The notes under the pieces are model-generated. The model saw only the letters and a list, made by a program, of their open reading frames with translations, did not search any database and was not told where the DNA came from. Shown here in pieces: positions 1 to 4,652 of a stretch of 4,652 nucleotides of DNA. A program made the position numbers and the translations under genes. Within the stretch, counting starts at the first letter, position 1; every line of letters begins with the position of its first letter. This DNA is from a virus (lineage: Duplodnaviria; Heunggongvirae; Uroviricota; Caudoviricetes): IMG/VR virus record IMGVR_UViG_3300029885_000167, one strand, 5' to 3'.

Positions 1-23
1 GAAAAACGAGTATTTTTAGTCAT
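1..23 (-). CDS. IS3-family transposase OrfA, N-terminal 7-8 codons only (3' end outside window)
   Basis: ATG at 21-23 (minus strand) preceded by AAGAGG; translation MTKNTRF(S) runs off the window edge. Matches the remembered start of IS629/IS1203 OrfA. Confidence 0.5.
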
Positions 24-77
24 CCTGTTTACCTCTTTCTCAGGAAGTTTAGTCTCCAGGATTCCCGGGGCGGTTCA
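1..77 (-). mobile_element. Terminal 77 bp of an IS3-family insertion sequence (IS629/IS1203/IS3411-like), partial; the rest lies beyond the window start
   Basis: Minus-strand sequence from position 77 downward reads TGAACCGCCCCGGGAATCCTGGAGACTAAACTTCCTGAGAAAGAGGTAAACAGG ATG ACT AAA AAT ACT CGT TTT TC. It begins with the TG(A) typical of IS3-family ends, has an AAGAGG Shine-Dalgarno 7 nt upstream of an ATG, and the ORF opens MTKNTRFS, which matches my recollection of the IS629-group OrfA N-terminus. Only about 8 codons are visible, so the family assignment is from memory of the end sequence, not a search. Confidence 0.55.
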
Positions 78-161
78 GTCTTCATCCTCCTCCCAGTCAA
101 GAGATGACAGGAAGGATTTAAACTCTCTGTTACCAGGAAATTTCAAAGTTAAATCTTTCAT
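75..161 (-). pseudogene. 28-codon ORF (MKDLTLKFPGNREFKSFLSSLDWEEDED*) translationally coupled to the tail fibre gene; probably the 5' remnant of a gene cut by the IS insertion
   Basis: Its ATG (159-161) overlaps the stf stop TGA (158-160) in an ATGA arrangement. The reading frame runs for 28 codons and its TGA stop (75-77) is exactly the first three bases of the putative IS end. I do not recognise the peptide. Confidence 0.4.
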
Positions 162-2179
162 ACTGCCTCCTTGATTTGCCTGTCATTTAATTCTTTAAAC
201 CAGACTCTGAAATTTCTGATGTGTCCAAACAAATGACGCGTTCCTGCTGCGGTCTGCCCACCAAACCGGTACGATGTTGCTGTAACTCCAAATATTTTAC
301 CATTAAGGTTTGTTGTATAATTACCATTGCATATTGCATTTACTGATAAATCAGATTTAGCTCTCACACCCACAATGAACCTTTCTCCATCTGAGGCAAT
401 TTGTGGCTGAACCATTCCTACGTTGGCGCTTATCTTTCCTGTTGCAACAAACCCCAGCGATAAATAATTATCATCAATACTGTGCCCTCCAACATCAAAT
501 ATCCTTGGCGCAACATTGGGCGGTGTACTCCAGTTCCTGCTTACTTCGCACAATACCGTAAAAGGCCGTGTTGACAGGTTATTCTGCGATGGGATAGTAA
601 CTACATCACTTGCGCGTGTTGTTGGCATTGTAGTTACAATAAATGACGATGCCGTATTGCCCAGTTCAATTTGCGGCGTCGTCATGGTTAATGTTGAGTC
701 ATCATAGAATGGCTCATTACTTATTTTATTTGTCATATAAAAAGCACAGTTAACGGTATCAATGTCCGTATTAGCTGTATAAGTGGCCTCATAGTAGGTC
801 CACTCGCCCTGTTGTTCAGCTTTGGCTGTTATAAGGGATGTATTACCGCTTACTGTTGCGATCCGGGTATCCAGATCAAGATAAGAGTCAGCAGAGAAGG
901 TATCTGTTCCACCAATAATAACTGAAACTCTTAACCTGCATCGTGCTTTAGCGCCTTTAACCCGGCACGAAAAAGTGAAACATTCACCACTTGCCAGCGG
1001 GAATCTGTCTGCTGCAACCACACCATGCACAGTATAGCCACCTGTTGTTCCCACTATACTTTCCGTGGGTGTCACCGTGGCATAATTGAACCCCTGTTTA
1101 TCAGTGCCAAATGTTTTATTCAGTGCGGAATGAACAGTCCATGAGTCTGGTTTATTTGAGTTCCTCAGATAATTTGTCCTCTGTCCTTCAATCAATAAGC
1201 CATCGCGCTCAAATCGCGGTTCGTCAACTTCAGCAAGCTTGAGTTGGCCGGACTTATTAATATACGTTGCTGTTGAAGCACGTTTAAACTTAACAATCTT
1301 GTCGCCTGGCATTGTTATTTCATCGTCACCAATAACTATCTTTTTATAAGATGGCGAAAAACCCGTAATCATATCCAGTGAATCGTTAAACGGTATCCAC
1401 ACATCAGGCAGCGGCGGCACTATATTCGCACAGGGCTCTGCAGTCACTTCCGCTGCGGCTTCTGCGCGGTCTGCCGCCTTTTCAGCTCGTGTCGCTGCCG
1501 ACAGAGCCTCATCCTTTTTCTGCCCGGCCTTTGTTGCGTCTGCTGCGGCCTCCCGCGCTTTTGTGGTGGCGACTCCGGCATTTTCAGCGGCTGACTCTGC
1601 ATTACGGCGGGAAGCCTCTTCACTGTCTGCGGAGGCTTCTTCTGACGCACGGGCATTTGTCTCTGAACGTTCTGCCGCTGTTGCTGCGTTTTGTGCGGCT
1701 GTTTTTGAAGAAGCTGCCGCTTTCGCGCTGTTACCTGCATTCGTCTCTGATGTTTTCGCCGCGTTCCTGGACGATGCCGCTGCTGTTTCTGATTTCTTTG
1801 CTGCCGCTGCGCTCTGAGAGGCGGCTTCAGCGTTGCGTGCCGCCTCTTCCACCATCTTTTCAAAACGATACAGTGCCTCCGGACAAACATCATCTTCTGT
1901 TGCAGCGCCCAGAAAATCATTCAATGTCCCCGGCTTAGAATCCTCATACACGGTGATGGTCCCGGCATGTGAAGGCGGAAAACCTTCAACCAGCAGGGCG
2001 ACGCTGTACTGGCCATACTCAACATCCATGCTGTAACGTCCGGCTTCATCCGGATTTTCTGAGGCCACCGTGTTCACCACAACTGTGGTGCTGTTACGTT
2101 TTGCTTTGAGCTGAATGGTGCAGTTCTGTATCGGTTTTCCTGCACCGTCTTTCAGCACACCTGAAATCTGTACTGCCAT
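158..2179 (-). CDS. stf: Side tail fibre protein, Stf family (673 aa): conserved N-terminal anchor domain, Ala/Ser/Thr-rich repeat shaft, divergent C-terminal putative receptor-binding domain
   Basis: Complete ORF with stop TGA at 158-160. The N-terminal ~125 aa (MAVQISGVLKDGAGKPIQNCTIQLKAKRNSTTVVVNTVASENPDEAGRYSMDVEYGQYSVALLVEGFPPSHAGTITVYEDSKPGTLNDFL...) is near-identical to the N-terminus of lambda Stf and E. coli K-12 StfR as I recall them. Start set at ATG 2177-2179, which has GGAG 5 nt upstream; the GTG at 2183-2185 used by the ORF track overlaps that Shine-Dalgarno and gives an MNM extension absent from homologues. Confidence 0.9.
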   Translation of the reverse strand: MAVQISGVLKDGAGKPIQNCTIQLKAKRNSTTVVVNTVASENPDEAGRYSMDVEYGQYSVALLVEGFPPSHAGTITVYEDSKPGTLNDFLGAATEDDVCPEALYRFEKMVEEAARNAEAASQSAAAAKKSETAAASSRNAAKTSETNAGNSAKAAASSKTAAQNAATAAERSETNARASEEASADSEEASRRNAESAAENAGVATTKAREAAADATKAGQKKDEALSAATRAEKAADRAEAAAEVTAEPCANIVPPLPDVWIPFNDSLDMITGFSPSYKKIVIGDDEITMPGDKIVKFKRASTATYINKSGQLKLAEVDEPRFERDGLLIEGQRTNYLRNSNKPDSWTVHSALNKTFGTDKQGFNYATVTPTESIVGTTGGYTVHGVVAADRFPLASGECFTFSCRVKGAKARCRLRVSVIIGGTDTFSADSYLDLDTRIATVSGNTSLITAKAEQQGEWTYYEATYTANTDIDTVNCAFYMTNKISNEPFYDDSTLTMTTPQIELGNTASSFIVTTMPTTRASDVVTIPSQNNLSTRPFTVLCEVSRNWSTPPNVAPRIFDVGGHSIDDNYLSLGFVATGKISANVGMVQPQIASDGERFIVGVRAKSDLSVNAICNGNYTTNLNGKIFGVTATSYRFGGQTAAGTRHLFGHIRNFRVWFKELNDRQIKEAV
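1439..1852 (-). repeat. Low-complexity imperfect tandem repeat region encoding the Ala/Ser/Thr/Glu-rich fibre shaft (stf residues ~110-247)
   Basis: Translation shows reiterated SETNA / AAxS / AAE-like units (…AAKKSETAAASSRNAAKTSETNAGNSAKAAASSKTAAQNAATAAERSETNARASEEASADSEEAS…). The DNA is GC-rich with repeated gctgc/gccgc units and produces long shadow ORFs on both strands (1444-1920 -, 1489-1938 +, 1563-1817 +). Confidence 0.6.
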
Positions 2180-2184
2180 ATTCA

Positions 2185-2188
2185 CTCC
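2185..2188 (-). promoter_or_regulatory. Shine-Dalgarno (GGAG) for stf
   Basis: Minus strand reads GTGGAGTGAATATGGCA: GGAG, a 5-nt spacer, then the stf ATG. Confidence 0.5.
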
Positions 2189-2190
2189 AC

Positions 2191-2218
2191 AAATAAAAAA
2201 GGCACCATTTCTGGTGCC
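2191..2218 (-). terminator. Rho-independent terminator-like hairpin between J and stf
   Basis: Minus strand reads GGCACCA-GAAA-TGGTGCC, a perfect 7-bp GC-rich stem with a GNRA-type tetraloop, followed directly by TTTTTTATTT. It sits 19 nt after the J stop codon and ends 12 nt before the stf ATG. Confidence 0.6.
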
Positions 2219-2237
2219 CGAATTTGGGTTTTAAAAT

Positions 2238-4652
2238 TCAACTGATACTGATGCCGGCTGTTGATTTCTTCATCACGACAACAAGAAGGTCGCTGATACT
2301 GGTCGTTGGCGTCCAGTTATTTGCACCATATGAAGAAACATTGAAAGTCAGGGTGACATGGCCGTGTCCGGCAGGCATATCAATGACTGATGAAAATACC
2401 CTGCTGACATCCGTCGCGGGTTGCTGAAAGATTTCCTGTCCGTTCTTCAGCACCTGCAGCTTACAGGTTGAATACCAGTATGACTGTTGGTTGTTGCTGT
2501 TGAAGTTTTCATGCTTACCACCGCGAAACAGAACGGGGGGGACGACTATCTGACGGTCAAAAGCCTGGTCATCGTACACAGTGACCGTTATTGTACCGCT
2601 GGCATAACTGCCATTTCTCGGAAAGGCTTTTCCCACCGTTTTGACAATATCACCTTCAATCTGGTTAGCTGACAGTTTTCCCAGAATCCGACAGTTCTGG
2701 TTAATCGTGACATTATTGAGCGTCCCGGAGTTCGCATTCACGTTACCGCTGATATCCGCATTTCTCGCAGAAAGTCGACCATCAGGTGTCAGTGAAAACG
2801 TTGGGGGATTGCCACCGCTGGTAATGGTGGGAGCCGTCAGATATTTCAGGAACACTTCGTTCATGAATATCTGATCGCCCTGCCCAACAAACATCGGCTT
2901 TGTATTGCCATTCGCAGGATTAATCATCGCAATCCTGTCCGCCGCCAGCAGCACCTGACTCTGCATGCCGTCAGGGGTGTTCTCAATACCGGCACCAATA
3001 CCCGCGATATAAAGGCGTCCGTCCTGCATCTGCTGCAGCTTCACAGCCCACATGCTGTTCAGGTTATTATTTGTATCAACCTGAACCTTCTGTATCTGCT
3101 GAATTGCCGCACTCTGGTCTTCCAGTTTCTTATTGACGGTCTGCGTGATTTCATTGCTGACATCCGTAATGGACGTCCTGATTTCAGCCAGGTCAGGCGC
3201 AAGCTGACCGTTATCAATCTGCGTCCACAGCTCCTGAGCCAGATGGCTTTTCCCTATCTCGCCTTTGAAAAAATCCAGATAGCCGGATGCATCATCACTC
3301 GGCTGGCCAACAGCCTCCACAAATGCCGATTTGCCAACGGTGTTCACACTGCGGATGTAAAAATAATAATCATGGCCCGGTTTGATATTGATACTGGCAG
3401 CTATCCAGTACAGCGCCGTGCCAAGATAGCGGGCTGTGGTTTCAACCTGCCTGATATCCGCAATCCGCTTTTCCGAGAACCAGAACTCAAACTGTACCGT
3501 CGGATCATAAACGGCAAGATGGGGCGTGGCGGTTATCTGAAAATACCCCGGTGTCAGCTCAATCTGCGACGGCGCTGCCGGTGCGGCAATCCGGAACGAT
3601 ACCGATGCCGGATCGCCCTGCTGCCCCCACGCATTTACCGCCCGGACTGTCAGCCTGTAGTTCCCCAGCGCCAGTTGCCTGAAGCGGTATGTGGTTTCCG
3701 TCGTCCGGGCCATGCTGACCAGCCGCTCACTGCCGTCGTCCGCTGCCACGGTAAGGCGAAGCAGGAAGCTCACGCCCTTCACCACCTTCGGCGTGTCCCA
3801 TCGCGCCAGCACCTGATATTCCCCGCTGTCTGTGGTGACTTCGGCGGTCAGGTGCTGCACCGCTGGCGGCGTGACACCATTCACCGTGCCGCTCTGGTCG
3901 CCGTCAAAGTGCGCCCCGTTATCCACGATGGCTTCTTTTTCCGGTACATGCTGCACGGCGGTGATGGCATACGTACCGTCATCGTTCTCCCGGATACTCA
4001 CACAGCGGAACAGGCGCTGGCGCAGCGTCGGCAGCTTCAGCCCCCATACGCTGTATTCAGCAACACCGTCAGGAACACGGCTCACTTTTACCTTCACGCC
4101 GTCGGTGACGGACTGAACCTCCACGCTGACCGGATTGCCACTTCCGTCAACCAGGCTTATCAGCGTGGTACCGGAGGATGGCAGCGTGATTTCACGGTCG
4201 AGCGTCAGCGTCCGGGTCTGGCTGTTCACCGCCAGCACACGACCACCGGTGCTGATACCGGCATAGTCATCATCACAGATTTCAATAACATCGCCCGGTA
4301 CATGGCGAAGCCCTTCTGCGCCGACGCTGAAATCCACGGTCTGCGTTTCCAGCAGTTCCGTTTTAATCAGCCACAGCCCGGCGCGGTGTGCCTGCCCCCG
4401 ACTGGTACAGCCAAAGGCATCCATCTTCGTGACATTACGACCGTAACGGGCAATGGCCTGCGTATCCTCCACGAGCTCTGTCGCCGTCTCCCAGCCGTTA
4501 TCCGGGTCAATCCAGTTCACCTCAACGGCATTATGGCGGTCCTTCAGGGCGCTGAAGCTGTAGCGGAACGGCGCGCCATCATCCGGCATCACCACATTAC
4601 TGCGGTTATAGGTCCACACCTTATCTGATGGTCGGTCCTGCACGAACGTCAG
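2238..4652 (-). CDS. J: Host specificity protein J (tail tip / central tail fibre), C-terminal ~804 codons; N-terminal portion lies beyond the window end
   Basis: The frame is open to the window edge. Translation from the edge reads [50 protein letters not shown]…, near-identical to lambda gpJ from about residue 330 as I recall it; the track's initial M is really an internal GTG (Val). Stop TGA at 2238-2240. The C-terminal ~340 aa are much more diverged from lambda J than the preceding ~460 aa. Confidence 0.95.
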   Translation of the reverse strand: MTFVQDRPSDKVWTYNRSNVVMPDDGAPFRYSFSALKDRHNAVEVNWIDPDNGWETATELVEDTQAIARYGRNVTKMDAFGCTSRGQAHRAGLWLIKTELLETQTVDFSVGAEGLRHVPGDVIEICDDDYAGISTGGRVLAVNSQTRTLTLDREITLPSSGTTLISLVDGSGNPVSVEVQSVTDGVKVKVSRVPDGVAEYSVWGLKLPTLRQRLFRCVSIRENDDGTYAITAVQHVPEKEAIVDNGAHFDGDQSGTVNGVTPPAVQHLTAEVTTDSGEYQVLARWDTPKVVKGVSFLLRLTVAADDGSERLVSMARTTETTYRFRQLALGNYRLTVRAVNAWGQQGDPASVSFRIAAPAAPSQIELTPGYFQITATPHLAVYDPTVQFEFWFSEKRIADIRQVETTARYLGTALYWIAASINIKPGHDYYFYIRSVNTVGKSAFVEAVGQPSDDASGYLDFFKGEIGKSHLAQELWTQIDNGQLAPDLAEIRTSITDVSNEITQTVNKKLEDQSAAIQQIQKVQVDTNNNLNSMWAVKLQQMQDGRLYIAGIGAGIENTPDGMQSQVLLAADRIAMINPANGNTKPMFVGQGDQIFMNEVFLKYLTAPTITSGGNPPTFSLTPDGRLSARNADISGNVNANSGTLNNVTINQNCRILGKLSANQIEGDIVKTVGKAFPRNGSYASGTITVTVYDDQAFDRQIVVPPVLFRGGKHENFNSNNQQSYWYSTCKLQVLKNGQEIFQQPATDVSRVFSSVIDMPAGHGHVTLTFNVSSYGANNWTPTTSISDLLVVVMKKSTAGISIS

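Noticed and set aside
296-325. Possible invertase crossover site (gix/hix/cix-like, around AAGGTTTG) near the 3' end of stf, which would imply an invertible host-range switch
   Set aside because: The match to the remembered gix/hix consensus is poor (wrong half-site spacing, no dyad symmetry). There is no inverted duplicate of the stf 3' end and no invertase gene in the window.
1444-1938. Three overlapping ORFs (1444-1920 -, 1489-1938 +, 1563-1817 +) inside stf
   Set aside because: These are off-frame or antisense readings of the GC-rich Ala-codon repeat tract. Their translations are Arg/Gln/Pro or Ala/Leu homopolymer-like. The in-frame Stf reading is the only one matching known proteins.
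2183-2185. GTG start codon for stf (MNMAVQ…)
   Set aside because: It overlaps the Shine-Dalgarno GGAG; the downstream ATG at 2177-2179 fits both RBS spacing and homologue N-termini.
2180-2237. Expected lom outer-membrane protein gene between J and stf
   Set aside because: Only 58 nt separate the two genes; lom is absent from this prophage rather than missed.
516-4116. Small plus-strand ORFs (516-707, 1833-2036, 2224-2427, 2487-2672, 2641-2874, 3832-4116)
   Set aside because: All are 61-94 aa, antisense to J or stf, and lack an RBS or any recognisable motif. ORF 2224-2427 spans the J/stf junction but begins inside the terminator hairpin on the wrong strand.
3243-4628. 461-aa ORF on the plus strand
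   Set aside because: It lies entirely antisense to the strongly supported J coding region, and its translation is Arg/Cys/His-rich and low-complexity with no recognisable domain. This is a typical shadow ORF of a GC-rich gene.
1-4652. CRISPR arrays, tRNA or rRNA genes
   Set aside because: No regularly spaced direct repeats with unique spacers, and no cloverleaf-like or rRNA-like sequence is apparent; the window is almost entirely protein-coding on the minus strand.

Overview
This window is the distal tail-fibre module of a lambdoid (lambda-like) enterobacterial prophage, read entirely on the minus strand, and I see no novel system in it. From high to low coordinates it holds: (1) the C-terminal ~800 codons of host-specificity protein J, running off the window end; (2) a short gap with an intrinsic-terminator hairpin and an RBS, with no lom gene; (3) an intact 673-aa Stf-family side tail fibre gene; (4) a 28-codon ORF whose ATG overlaps the stf stop; and (5) the first 77 bp of what looks like an IS3-family insertion sequence (IS629/IS1203-like), abutting that ORF. 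All identifications rest on reading the translations against remembered lambda J, lambda Stf and E. coli StfR sequences; no database search was run. The most notable points are that both fibre genes are mosaic, with conserved anchor regions and divergent, lower-GC receptor-binding ends, and that an IS has landed immediately downstream of the fibre gene. All plus-strand ORFs in the track are antisense shadows of these genes.
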